This document shows, piece after piece, positions 48,884 through 58,829 of a DNA stretch of 64,000 nt. The position numbers and the translations under genes were made by a program. Under the pieces are notes generated by a model that saw only the letters and a program-made list of their open reading frames with translations, was not told where the DNA came from and made no database searches. The stretch is taken from positions 1 through 64,000 of the forward strand of contig CATMOE010000005.1 of assembly GCA_950072105.1 (NCBI GenBank). The letters run 5' to 3'. The first letter of the stretch is position 1; each line of letters opens with the position of its first letter. The DNA is from an uncultured Dehalococcoidia bacterium. GTDB taxonomy: Bacteria > Chloroflexota > Dehalococcoidia > Lucifugimonadales > UBA3495.

Positions 48884-51091
48884 TTGGACGAGAAACAAGA
48901 AGCCCATCTTATCGAAGAGAACCTTTTCTTGCAGCAACGGTCGCAAGAGTTGGAGACATTGTTCAAGATCTCCGGGCTCCTTAACCAACAGGGAACCTAC
49001 AAGGATAAATTGAATGGCGTTATAAAGGAACTGGCACTCGTCGCGGAGGTATCCGGAGTGAGGATTGTTGTTCCAGACCCGGAGCATGGCGGTTTGCGAA
49101 CGATTATTCGAGAGGTGGGGAGCACATTACCGGAACTTCAGCAAGTCAGGGGCTTGTCGTTAATGGCGTTTGAAAGCGGCCAAGCCGTGGTTGCCAATGA
49201 CTACCCTTCCCACCCCAATGCAGATCCAGTTGCCCTGGCAACTGGGGCGAAATCGGTGATTGCGTTGCCTATCAAGAACGCCGAAGAGACGATCGCGGTG
49301 GCCGGTATCACTTCCCCGGAGATTAATCATTTCAATCCAGATCGAGTCCGGCTGTTGACTGCGATCGTCGATGGTTTAGGCCCCTTGTTAGAAAACGCCC
49401 GGCTGGATAGCCAACTGCTCCAACGGTCTGAGGAATTGGAAGCCCTGTTCAAAATCTCCAATATCTTTGGCCAACCCGGAACTTACGAAGATAAGTTGAG
49501 TGGTGTCATTGAGGAGATAGCACGCGTCGCAGACGTGTACGGGGTGAGGATTATTGTTCGAGACCCGGATGACGGCGGATTGAGAACAATGGTCCGAGGG
49601 CAAATGGAATGGGAAGCATTGCCGGCTCTCCAGCAAGTACAAGGTTTGTCGTTAATGGCCTTTGAAAGCGGAGAAGCCGTGTTGGCCAACGACTACTCGT
49701 CCCACCCCAATGCGGAGCAAATGTTCATCGAAAGGGGGGTTAAGTCGTCGATATCGTTACCGATCAAGGCCGACGATAAAATAATAGCAGTGGCCGGTAT
49801 CGCTTCGGACGAACTAAATCATTTCAATCCTGAGCGAGTGCGGCTATTGACCGCGATCGTTGATGGTTTAGGTCCTCTCCTAGAAAACGCCAGACTTGAC
49901 CAAGACCTACTTGATTCAAATAGCCAGCTATCGGAGGCGTTAGAAACTTTAAAGGCCACGCAGGAACATCTCGTCCATCAGGAACGGTTAAGCGCGTTGG
50001 GCACCATGGCCAGCGGCATTGCCCATGATTTCAACAACGCGTTGTCGCCCATCTTCGGCTATTCCGAGTTTCTCTTGGAGGACGCCGATGGATTCGACGA
50101 ATCCACCGTGAAATACCTCCAAGAGATCCGGACCAGCGCCCAAGACGCCGGTGCGGTGGTCAGCCGTCTGCGGGAGTTTTACCGGGAACGGGATGGCTCG
50201 GAGCTAATGGCGCCGGTGAACCTAAACGACGTCGTTGCTAGGGTCATCTCGCTGACTCAGCCCAAATGGCGGGACATGGCGTTGGCGAACGGTATCGACA
50301 TTCAGTTAATTACCCAACTCGCCGATGACCTGCCCGAAATTAGCGGTGACGAAGCCGAACTACGCTCGGCATTGGGTAATCTAGTTTTCAATGCAGTCGA
50401 CGCCATGCCCGAAGGTGGCACGATAACTCTGAAAACCTTCCAAGATGGTCAAGAAGTGATTCTGGAGGTAGCCGACACCGGGACTGGGATGAGAGATGAG
50501 GTGCTCAAGCGCGCTATGGAGCCGTTCTTCACCACCAAAGAAGAACGGGGAACCGGTATGGGCCTGGCTATGGTGTATGGCTCGCTCCAGCGTCACGAAG
50601 GCGAGCTGGAGGTTGAAAGCGAGGTCGGCAAAGGAACCACCTTCAGGTTCCGCATACCGGTCCAAACGGAAGTCCAAAATATCGCCGAGACGCTTGAAGT
50701 AGAGCCGTTCCCCTCTGGACTCCGGTTTCTCGTGGTGGATGACGAGCAAAGAGTTCGGGACATGGTTGGTGAGTTCCTGCGGCGCCAGGGTTCGGCGGTG
50801 GAAACTGCGGCCAACGGCCGGGAAGCGCTGGAGAAATTTCACCAGAGCGAATTCGATCTTGTGATAACGGACCGGGGGATGCCCGAGATGAATGGTGACG
50901 CGCTGGCAGAGGCGATCAAAGGGGAATCGCCCAATATGCCGATCATCATGTTGACCGGGTTTGGCGAGATGATGACCAGCAATAATGAAAAGCCTGCGGG
51001 AGTTGACGTCATTCTAGGCAAACCCGTCACTCCGGCGGCCCTCAGGCAGGCAGTCACCGTCTTAAGGGCGGAATACGCGGCCCGGGATTAG
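48884..51091 (+). CDS. Hybrid sensor histidine kinase (GAF-GAF-HisKA-HATPase-REC)
   Basis: GIAHDFNN, NLVFNAVDAM, DTGTGM, FFTTK, GTGMGL, VVDDE..TDRGMP..GKP. Confidence 0.92.
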   Translation: MDEKQEAHLIEENLFLQQRSQELETLFKISGLLNQQGTYKDKLNGVIKELALVAEVSGVRIVVPDPEHGGLRTIIREVGSTLPELQQVRGLSLMAFESGQAVVANDYPSHPNADPVALATGAKSVIALPIKNAEETIAVAGITSPEINHFNPDRVRLLTAIVDGLGPLLENARLDSQLLQRSEELEALFKISNIFGQPGTYEDKLSGVIEEIARVADVYGVRIIVRDPDDGGLRTMVRGQMEWEALPALQQVQGLSLMAFESGEAVLANDYSSHPNAEQMFIERGVKSSISLPIKADDKIIAVAGIASDELNHFNPERVRLLTAIVDGLGPLLENARLDQDLLDSNSQLSEALETLKATQEHLVHQERLSALGTMASGIAHDFNNALSPIFGYSEFLLEDADGFDESTVKYLQEIRTSAQDAGAVVSRLREFYRERDGSELMAPVNLNDVVARVISLTQPKWRDMALANGIDIQLITQLADDLPEISGDEAELRSALGNLVFNAVDAMPEGGTITLKTFQDGQEVILEVADTGTGMRDEVLKRAMEPFFTTKEERGTGMGLAMVYGSLQRHEGELEVESEVGKGTTFRFRIPVQTEVQNIAETLEVEPFPSGLRFLVVDDEQRVRDMVGEFLRRQGSAVETAANGREALEKFHQSEFDLVITDRGMPEMNGDALAEAIKGESPNMPIIMLTGFGEMMTSNNEKPAGVDVILGKPVTPAALRQAVTVLRAEYAARD

Positions 51092-51296
51092 GTCGGCACG
51101 GATTTCGTGACCAGCTTATTGCCACTAGTACCGCCAGGCCGTGTTGCTGGTGGAGGTCAACTCTCCCGTTTCCACCAATCAGTTGGAATTTGCTAAACGA
51201 AGATCGAAGCAAATTCGGCATGTCTATTTTGGTCTTGGTTCCTCGGGCACACAATATTTGCCTAAGCTCTGACGACGCCACATGAATAATTTGTCG

Positions 51297-51323
51297 ATTT
51301 AAATATGCAACACGCTCAACTTG
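51297..51323. repeat. 27-bp direct repeat, left copy (att-like)
   Basis: atttaaatatgcaacacgctcaacttg; 26/27 identical to 52544-52570. Confidence 0.85.
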
Positions 51324-51403
51324 AGCATCTTGCATAATTATGATATCTTCTAATTAGAACAAAAACAGAACGGTCATATGTTCTAGGTTTGGGAGGTGTG
51401 GTG

Positions 51404-51688
51404 GTGCCATTTGTACAACAAAATTCCCAAACGTTCACGCGGGCAAATATTGAAGTTATCACTCCAGGTCAAATGGGCGTTTATGGGATTTTTAAGACTA
51501 ACCGTTGGATATATGTTGGCAGTGGGGACATTAGGAACAGATTGCTAGCGCACTTCAACGGGGACAATACCTGTATTACTGGCGAGTTGCCGACGCACTA
51601 TGTTGATGAGGTCACAACTAGCTATATTCAGAGAGAAAAAGACCTGATTAGGGAGTTGACGCCTGCTTGCAATCAACGTGTTGGCTAG
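51404..51688 (+). CDS. Small GIY-YIG-like protein
   Basis: GVYGI..WIYVG, IRNRL.AH, RE..LI....P.CN. GTG start after GGAGG. Confidence 0.75.
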   Translation: MPFVQQNSQTFTRANIEVITPGQMGVYGIFKTNRWIYVGSGDIRNRLLAHFNGDNTCITGELPTHYVDEVTTSYIQREKDLIRELTPACNQRVG

Positions 51689-51764
51689 AAACTTCCCGTA
51701 ATCGGTTCATTGCAACTATAAAGCCGTATACCACAAGGTACATTTGCCAGAGCTTCGGAGCGAC

Positions 51765-52046
51765 CTATGGCGATGCGGAGTCATCCATTCCGGACGCCCC
51801 CACGAGTCGATTTTGAGACCTCTGAATAGCCATTAGATTAGAGTGTGGCGGCTGCGTAAGGTTAGTGCTCGTTGATCGCGATTCAAGCGTTAGCTGGTCT
51901 ACCAAGGCCTTCTCAATGAACACAACGGCTCCTAGTTTCTGAGCGGGGAGTTCCCCAGACCTGATCCACCGCCAGATGGTATGGCGCCCCACGTGTAGCT
52001 GCCTGGCAGCGTGTGAGAGGGTATAGGAGGTTTCGGCGATTCTCAC
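51765..52046 (-). CDS. Excisionase-like helix-turn-helix protein
   Basis: YTLSHAARQLHVGRHTIWRWIRSGELPAQK.G. Confidence 0.75.
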   Translation of the reverse strand: MRIAETSYTLSHAARQLHVGRHTIWRWIRSGELPAQKLGAVVFIEKALVDQLTLESRSTSTNLTQPPHSNLMAIQRSQNRLVGASGMDDSASP

Positions 52047-52118
52047 TGGTATCTAAACTTCTTAAGCTTAATGTTCAATCATGGTAGACTAAAGTCACAA
52101 ATTGCGCGGGAGGAGACC

Positions 52119-52321
52119 ATGGCAAACAAACCCAGAACCTTTACTAGGTATGAAGTCAGAGTAGGAAGAAAAAAGTACATGGCGGCATCACCGAGCGGCC
52201 ATTGGATCAGCGGGCAGCCGAGCATAAAAGAAAATATCCAGGAGCTAAAGTAACCAAAGTCGGCCCAAAGGTGACGGAAAAGAGCGCTCGCCAATGGGAG
52301 AAGGACAAAGGCTATAGCTAG
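52119..52321 (+). CDS. Minimal GIY-YIG-like protein split by a -1 frameshift (programmed shift or pseudogene)
   Basis: GGAGG RBS; MANKPRTFTRYEVRVGRK continues in the -1 frame as KVHGGITERPLDQRAAEHKRKYPG..ARQWEKDKGYS*. Confidence 0.6.
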
Positions 52322-52543
52322 GCATCTGGCCCTCCCATTTGGCATGAGGTGCCATCAAACCGGCCTGTTTTCGTGACAAAGTAATATACCCTGCCTTCTA
52401 TGTGAATCGTTGAGAAGTAGGGAGAAACCTCTACTGCCTCCTCTGCCCATTTGCCCAGTCTCGTAGACGAACGACTTTAACTTCGCCACAGCCACGCCAC
52501 TCCTCGTTGTTTCTTCTGCTCTTATCATCAATTTATGCTCCCA

Positions 52544-52570
52544 ATTTAAATATCCAACACGCTCAACTTG
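52544..52570. repeat. 27-bp direct repeat, right copy
   Basis: atttaaatatccaacacgctcaacttg. Confidence 0.85.
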
Positions 52571-52677
52571 TATCCCCCCAGGGGCGCTTGTATACTACAC
52601 AGCCGTAAGCTGGCCGGATTCTTTGCCTGTAGGGGCAGGGGTGGTCCACGGTCGTCCGAGGATAGAGAACTTAGTTA

Positions 52678-54069
52678 ATGAGCACGGATTCGAATTACGA
52701 CTTGGTGGTGATTGGGGCGGGGCCGGGCGGGTATGTCGCGGCCATCCGCGCCGGACAACTGGGGCTCAAGACCGCGATCATAGAGAAGGAAAGCCTGGGC
52801 GGGGTTTGCCTGAACTGGGGCTGCATTCCCAGTAAAGCTCTCCTGAAAAACGCGGAGGTACTTTCCTACATCAACCGGGCTGATGAATTTGGCCTAAGCT
52901 TCGATAATTTCCACGCCGACTACTCCGTGGCTTACACGCGAAGCCGGAGAGTGGTCAACCGCAACACCAGAGGCGTTGCCTTTCTGTTGCGGAAGAATAA
53001 CGTGGAGCACATCCAGGGCGCCGGACGGTTGGCGGGCGAAGGAGTGGTTGAGGTTGCCCCCGATGGGCAGAGGCTCATCGCCAAGAACGTCATCCTCGCC
53101 ACCGGCGCCCGCCCCCGCACCATCCCGCCCCTCCCCGTGGACGGCGACAAGATCATCACCAGCCGCGAGGCGATCGTTCTCGACCAACTCCCGTCCAGCG
53201 TCGTCATCGTTGGCGGGGGCGCAATCGGCGTTGAGTTCGCCTATATCTACCGCATGTACGGCGTGGAAGTAACAATCGTCGAGTTGCTGCCTAGGTTGGT
53301 GCCCAACGAGGACGAAGACATAAGCCCCATACTGGAGCGCAGCTTCGAGCGCCACGGTATAAATATCATGACCGGCGCCGGGGTGACCGCGGCACGATCG
53401 GGGCCCGATGGTGTAGCGGTTACCGTGGCCAAGGACGGGGCCGAAGAAACCCTGAACTGTGAAAAGGTCTTGGTGGCGATCGGGGTCCAGCCGAACATTG
53501 AGGACCTGGGTCTGGAGTCGATGGGCATCACCATTCAGGATGGGAGCATCCAAGTAGACGACGTGATGCTCACCAACGTGGCTAACGTTTACGCCATCGG
53601 CGATGTTACCGGGAAGCTGGCCTTGGCCCACGTGGCCTCGGCCCAGGCGGCCATTGCGGTGGAGCATATGGCGGGTTTGGAGACTCAGCCGTTGGACTAC
53701 GGCTCGATACCCAGGGCTACTTACTGCAACCCGCAGATCGCCAGCTTCGGTCTGACGGAAGCCCAGGCCCAGGACCAAGGACACGACGTACAGATCGGGA
53801 CCTTCAACGTCCAGGCCAACGGCAAAGCGCTGGCCATGGGCGAATCCGAGGGGATAGTCAAGCTCGTTGTGGACGGCAAGTACGGGGAGTTGTTGGGCGC
53901 GCACATGATAGGCCCGGAGGTCACCGAATTGCTGGGCGAGCTGTCTCTTGCCAAGGTATTGGAAGGCACTACTCTGGAACTGGGATGGGCGATTCATCCC
54001 CATCCTTCTATCTCGGAGATGCTGAAAGAGGCTGCGCTCAGCGCCCAGGGCCGGGCCATCCATATGTAG
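52678..54069 (+). CDS. lpdA: Dihydrolipoamide dehydrogenase (E3)
   Basis: GAGPGGY, GGVCLNWGCIPSK, GGGAIG, HPHPSISE. Confidence 0.95.
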   Translation: MSTDSNYDLVVIGAGPGGYVAAIRAGQLGLKTAIIEKESLGGVCLNWGCIPSKALLKNAEVLSYINRADEFGLSFDNFHADYSVAYTRSRRVVNRNTRGVAFLLRKNNVEHIQGAGRLAGEGVVEVAPDGQRLIAKNVILATGARPRTIPPLPVDGDKIITSREAIVLDQLPSSVVIVGGGAIGVEFAYIYRMYGVEVTIVELLPRLVPNEDEDISPILERSFERHGINIMTGAGVTAARSGPDGVAVTVAKDGAEETLNCEKVLVAIGVQPNIEDLGLESMGITIQDGSIQVDDVMLTNVANVYAIGDVTGKLALAHVASAQAAIAVEHMAGLETQPLDYGSIPRATYCNPQIASFGLTEAQAQDQGHDVQIGTFNVQANGKALAMGESEGIVKLVVDGKYGELLGAHMIGPEVTELLGELSLAKVLEGTTLELGWAIHPHPSISEMLKEAALSAQGRAIHM

Positions 54070-54457
54070 CCATCCAGTCCGGGATACGATCCCATCTCCG
54101 GTGATTTTCGAAGTAATCTGATAGATAGGGATGTCAGGTCAGAAAGTCGTCAACTTGCGACTAACGGAAGGCAAAGGTATACTGGGGGCAATAGTCCAAA
54201 GGGCTAATTTTTGATATATTGCCGATCTTTGCTAAGGCGGCTACGATTTCAATGATTCGACCGGGAAACACAATAATTGACCCAGTCCAATCAGCGGATT
54301 CAATGTGAGAGGGTGGTCAGACGGGCCTTTTCTAGCGATTCCTACAGAATTAGCCAACCAGTATTTTAATCTGAGTGATGTGATAGGCCGAGCGCCGTAA
54401 GTCCCAATCCAGGCGGTTTTGAGTAAGTCTCGCCTAGCAATGGTAAGGAGCGGATCG

Positions 54458-56236
54458 ATGACCGTGGGAAGTTTTGATCTTACGATCGCTATAGGTGGTG
54501 AAGCCGGACAGGGCATCGCCACCCCAGGCGATATTCTTGCTCGTATCTTCGTTCGGCGCGGCCTCCACCTGAACACCTATAACGCTTACCAGTCGATCAT
54601 CCGTGGCGGACATATCTTCCTGTACCTTCGTGTCTGTGACCAGGAAATATTCACCCACGGCGATAAAATCGACATACTCATGTGCCTGAATCAGGATACG
54701 ATGGACCGGCACTTGCAACTTATGAGGCCGGGGTCGTGGGTACTGTACAACGAAGACAACATCAAGCCCGGCGAAGCGGGCGATGGGATACAACTCTGTC
54801 CACTGCCGGTGACGAAACTGAGCGTCAGCCGAAACCGGTTGTCGCAAAACACCATGGCCGTAGGCGCGGCCTCGCATCTGCTGGGGCTGGACTTCCAGGT
54901 ACTTGAAGAAAGTTTGACGTTGCGGTTCCAGCGGCAGGGTCAGGCGGTTATCGATGAAAACGTGAGCGTTGCCCGGGCCGGGTACGACCACTCGGTGGCC
55001 AACTTTGAAGCTTTCGATCAAACCGTCCCCACCGGGCCTACGCCGCTGGCTGTTTGGTCAGGCAACGAAGCGCTGGCCATGGGAGGCGCGGCGGCCGGGG
55101 TAAAGTTCTACGCGGCCTACCCGATGAGTCCGGCTACCGGAGTGCTGCATTGGATGGCTCAGAATGCCCGAAACCTGGGCATCATGGTGCGCCAGGTTGA
55201 AGACGAGATCGGTGTAGCCAACATGGTCATTGGCGCCGCCCATACCGGTTGCCGGGCCATGTGCGCCACTTCAGGCGGCGGGTTCGCACTGATGACCGAG
55301 GCCGTGGGCAGCGCCGCAATGATGGAGATACCTGCTGTTTTCATCGACGTTATGCGGGCCGGACCCTCGACCGGGGTGCCCACCAAGACGGAGCAGGGCG
55401 ACCTGTGGCAGGTCCTAGGGGCGAGCCAAGGTGACTTCGAGCGGTTTATCGTTGCGCCTACGACTCCCGCTGACTGCTTCAACACCATGCCCGAGTTGTT
55501 TAACCTGACGGACAAATATCAATGCCCGGGCATCGTGGTTACAGACCTATTGCTGTCTGAAGGCCGGTTCAGCATAGCCCCGGACCTCATAGATATGCAC
55601 CCGCACATCGACCGGGGGGAGTTGATCACCAAGGGGTCCTCCACCGATGGCTACATGCGCTACAAGGACACCGAAACCGGGATCTCGCCCCGAGCCGTGC
55701 CCGGTCTGGAAGGCTATGTCCACGTGGTGGCCACCGATGAGCACGATGAGAACTCTCAGCTGCTCAGCGACGAGTTCACCAACCCCCACAAGCGCCGCAA
55801 GATGGTGGAAAAGCGGGCCCGCAAGTTCAAGGTGGCGATCAACGACATAAAACCACCCGAGTTGGAAGGATCGGCCGACGCAGAGATTACTCTGATCGGT
55901 TGGGGCTCTACCTATGGAGTGATCAGAGAGGCAGTTGAAATTCTTGCCCAGGAAGGGGTTGCCGTTAATCACCTCCCCATTAAGTGGATCGTTCCTTTCC
56001 ATGGCGAGGTCATTACCGACATTCTGTCCAAGTCCAAGCGGGTAGTCGTGGTGGAAAACAGCTTTTCCGGTCAGTTCTATCGTTACATGCGAAGCGAAAC
56101 TGGTCTCAGCGTCGATGGGCATATCCGTAAATACGATGGCGAGCCGTTCATCCCCCATCACATCGTCGATGGTGTGAAAGCGCACCTGGCGGAAAAGATC
56201 GAGTGCTTCGTGCCCTATCAAGAGGCAATCACGTAA
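54458..56236 (+). CDS. korA: 2-oxoacid:ferredoxin oxidoreductase alpha subunit (gamma-alpha fusion)
   Basis: GGEAGQG, IRGGH, YPMSPAT, QVEDEI, ATSGGGF, RAGPSTG.PT..EQ. Confidence 0.92.
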   Translation: MTVGSFDLTIAIGGEAGQGIATPGDILARIFVRRGLHLNTYNAYQSIIRGGHIFLYLRVCDQEIFTHGDKIDILMCLNQDTMDRHLQLMRPGSWVLYNEDNIKPGEAGDGIQLCPLPVTKLSVSRNRLSQNTMAVGAASHLLGLDFQVLEESLTLRFQRQGQAVIDENVSVARAGYDHSVANFEAFDQTVPTGPTPLAVWSGNEALAMGGAAAGVKFYAAYPMSPATGVLHWMAQNARNLGIMVRQVEDEIGVANMVIGAAHTGCRAMCATSGGGFALMTEAVGSAAMMEIPAVFIDVMRAGPSTGVPTKTEQGDLWQVLGASQGDFERFIVAPTTPADCFNTMPELFNLTDKYQCPGIVVTDLLLSEGRFSIAPDLIDMHPHIDRGELITKGSSTDGYMRYKDTETGISPRAVPGLEGYVHVVATDEHDENSQLLSDEFTNPHKRRKMVEKRARKFKVAINDIKPPELEGSADAEITLIGWGSTYGVIREAVEILAQEGVAVNHLPIKWIVPFHGEVITDILSKSKRVVVVENSFSGQFYRYMRSETGLSVDGHIRKYDGEPFIPHHIVDGVKAHLAEKIECFVPYQEAIT

Positions 56237-56248
56237 AGAGGTGAACAC

Positions 56249-57157
56249 ATGGCGACCACCATGCCGGCAACCGACGATAAGCCGGTCATACCGCTAACGG
56301 CAAGGGATTTCAAAGGACAGGTTGACCCTGACTGGTGCCCCGGCTGCGGCGACTTCGGCGTTCTCAACGCCCTGCAGCGGTCCTGCGCGGAACTGGGTCT
56401 CAGGCCCCATGAAATTCTGACGGTTAGTGGAATCGGATGTTCCTCCAACCTGCCGGGCTACTTTAATTCATATGGCATGCACACCCTGCACGGCCGGTCT
56501 CTGGCCGTGGCCACCGGCGCCAAGCTGGGAAACCACCGGCTGCACGTGATCGTTACCGGGGGGGATGGCGACGGCTATGGCATAGGCGGGAATCACTTCA
56601 CCCATACCGCCCGGCGAAACGTGGACCTCACCTACGTGGTGATGAACAACCAGATCTACGGGCTGACAACCGGCCAAGTTTCCCCCACCAGCACCATGGG
56701 GATGAAGACCAAAAGCACTCCCTTCGGTAGCGTTGAGGCGCCGCTCAACCCCATCACGTCGGCTATTATGAACGGAGCGACCTTTGTGGCCCGCGGCTTC
56801 AGCGGCGACGTCAGGCACCTGACCGAACTCATGAAACAGGCGATACAGCATTCCGGGTTTTCGCTTATAGACATCTTCAGCCCCTGCGTCACCTTCAACC
56901 ATGACAACAGCAATGCCTTCTTCAAAGAACGGGTCAAGAAGCTGGAGGACGAGGGACACGACACCAGCGATTGGAAGACCGCTTGCGAAAAAGCCATGCT
57001 CTTCGGCGACACCATTTACACCGGGCTGTTCTTCCAGAAGCAAGCCCCTACCCTGGGTGGCAGTGAACCGGTCCTAGAGCCCGATCAGCCTTTGGGTTTA
57101 CAGACTCTGGGGTTGGACAAGGAGCAGACCAAGCGGATCATCGAGAGAATGATGTAG
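56249..57157 (+). CDS. korB: 2-oxoacid:ferredoxin oxidoreductase beta subunit
   Basis: WCPGCGD, SGIGCSS, HGR, GGDGD..IGGNH, NNQIYGLT.GQ.SPT, PCVTFN. Confidence 0.93.
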   Translation: MATTMPATDDKPVIPLTARDFKGQVDPDWCPGCGDFGVLNALQRSCAELGLRPHEILTVSGIGCSSNLPGYFNSYGMHTLHGRSLAVATGAKLGNHRLHVIVTGGDGDGYGIGGNHFTHTARRNVDLTYVVMNNQIYGLTTGQVSPTSTMGMKTKSTPFGSVEAPLNPITSAIMNGATFVARGFSGDVRHLTELMKQAIQHSGFSLIDIFSPCVTFNHDNSNAFFKERVKKLEDEGHDTSDWKTACEKAMLFGDTIYTGLFFQKQAPTLGGSEPVLEPDQPLGLQTLGLDKEQTKRIIERMM

Positions 57158-57185
57158 CCTGGTAGCGATAGCGAATAGAGCTTAG

Positions 57186-57207
57186 AAGGCGGCCGAAAGG
57201 CCGCCTT
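57186..57207 (+). terminator. Intrinsic terminator
   Basis: aaggcggcc-gaaa-ggccgcctt followed by a T-rich tail. Confidence 0.75.
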
Positions 57208-57352
57208 TAATTTGGATTCATTGGACTGCTTCTTTCGGAATCGCGAATATACACTGGGCAGTCTTGCCGCGCCCCGTGCGGTGCATTAATATCTATCCAA
57301 CAAGGCCCAGTCTCCCGAGATTCAAATGCGAGGCGGGCGTTGGGAGGGTACG

Positions 57353-58744
57353 TTGGCAACTTCGATCGTCATGCCTCAAATGGGCTACGACATGCAACAG
57401 GGCACCGTAGTGCGTTGGCACAAACAGGAAGGAGACGCGGTAGCTCGGGGGGATGTTCTGGCCGACATTGAAACTGACAAAGCCACGGTCGAGTTTGAGG
57501 CCTTCGTCAGTGGGGTCCTGCGGAAGATCGTCGCCCAGGAAGGGATCGCCATACCGGTCGGCGACCTGATCGCCGTGATCACCGGACCCGATGAAGCGCT
57601 ACCTGAAGGTCTTCTGTCCGGAAGAGGGTCAGGTAACAAGGATGACGCTCCGGTCGGGAATGGCGCCACATCGGTGGCGGCTCAACCGGTATCCACCGTG
57701 GCCTCTGCTCCTCCGGCGGCTTCTCCCGGCGGTGAGGTCCGGGCTTCCCCCATCGCGCGCCGGCTGGCTCGGGAACAGGGAATCGACCTGGCAGTGGTGA
57801 CCGGCACCGGTCCCGGCGGCAGAATCGTCGAGAAGGACGTGTTGAACCACACCGATGCAGGGGCCCAGACCAGTCCTGTGGCAACTGCTGCTGCTGAGGT
57901 CCGCGCATCCCCCATCGCCCGGCGGCTGGCTCGGGAAGGTGGAATCGAGCTGGCCCTGGTCACTGGGACCGGGCCTGGCGGCAGAATCGTCGAACAGGAC
58001 GTGTTGAATAACTTAGAAGCAGCGTCCCAGCCCAGTTCTGACGCCGCCAGCGCGTCCGCCCAGCCGGAGCAGGTGGATCTGTCGCGTATGAGGCAGACCA
58101 TCGCCAAGGTGACAAGCGACAGTAAGCGCGACACTCCCCACTTCTACGTGTCCTCCGAAGTCGATATGACCAAGGCCACGGAGATGCGGGGCGACCTGAA
58201 CGAGGTCCTGGCTAGCGAAAGCCGGGTCTCGGTCAATGACTTGGTGGTCAAAGCCTGCGCCATGGCGCTGCAAAAGTTCCCCAAATTCAACGCCTTCTAT
58301 CAGGGCGGCCATCTCCAAATGAATCCCGATATCAATATCGGCATCGCCATTGCTTTGGAGAGCGGATTGATCGTACCCGGCATCAACGGATGCCAAGCGA
58401 AGAGCCTAGTAGAGATTGCCGCCGCGAGCAGGGACTTGATCGCCCGGGCCCACTCCGGCACACTCCGCAACGAAGAATACAGTGGAACCACCTTCAGTGT
58501 GAGTAACCTGGGAATGTTCGATGTCGATAGCTTCACCGCCATCATCTACCCGCCCCACGCCGCCATTCTGGCTGTGGGCCGGGTGAAGGAGCAGGCGGTA
58601 GCTAGGGATGGACAGGTAACGGTAGCCCAGATCATGACGGCAACCCTGTCCGTCGACCATCGTGTGGCCGACGGCGCGGAAGCCGCCCGATTTATCATGG
58701 AAATCAAAGGATTGCTGGAAAAACCAGCGGCGTTGATTATTTAG
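57353..58744 (+). CDS. Dihydrolipoamide acyltransferase (E2) with one lipoyl domain and two peripheral-subunit-binding domains
   Basis: IETDKAT, two ASPIARRLARE.GI.L..V.GTGPGGRI units, DHRVADG. TTG start after GGGAGG. Confidence 0.92.
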   Translation: MATSIVMPQMGYDMQQGTVVRWHKQEGDAVARGDVLADIETDKATVEFEAFVSGVLRKIVAQEGIAIPVGDLIAVITGPDEALPEGLLSGRGSGNKDDAPVGNGATSVAAQPVSTVASAPPAASPGGEVRASPIARRLAREQGIDLAVVTGTGPGGRIVEKDVLNHTDAGAQTSPVATAAAEVRASPIARRLAREGGIELALVTGTGPGGRIVEQDVLNNLEAASQPSSDAASASAQPEQVDLSRMRQTIAKVTSDSKRDTPHFYVSSEVDMTKATEMRGDLNEVLASESRVSVNDLVVKACAMALQKFPKFNAFYQGGHLQMNPDINIGIAIALESGLIVPGINGCQAKSLVEIAAASRDLIARAHSGTLRNEEYSGTTFSVSNLGMFDVDSFTAIIYPPHAAILAVGRVKEQAVARDGQVTVAQIMTATLSVDHRVADGAEAARFIMEIKGLLEKPAALII

Positions 58745-58746
58745 CG

Positions 58747-58810
58747 AGCTATCAGCCGTCAGCAGTCAGGGGGCCGAAAGCTGATAGCTGACGGCTGAAT
58801 GCTGATAGCT
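58747..58810. repeat. Inverted heptamer arrays (AGCTATC/AGCCGTC.. and CTGATAG/CTGACGG..)
   Basis: Three 7-mers followed by four complementary 7-mers, forming a hairpin. Confidence 0.7.
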
Positions 58811-58829
58811 AACCTTAGGAGGATGTATT

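Noticed and set aside
51297..51324. dif/Xer site
   Set aside because: One arm weakly resembles the XerD arm, but the 11-6-11 dyad is not convincing.
52894..54063. Long antisense ORFs (also 41237-42220, 29878-30630, 33191-33976, 21039-21923)
   Set aside because: Shadow frames of well-supported genes in GC-rich DNA, with no recognisable motifs.
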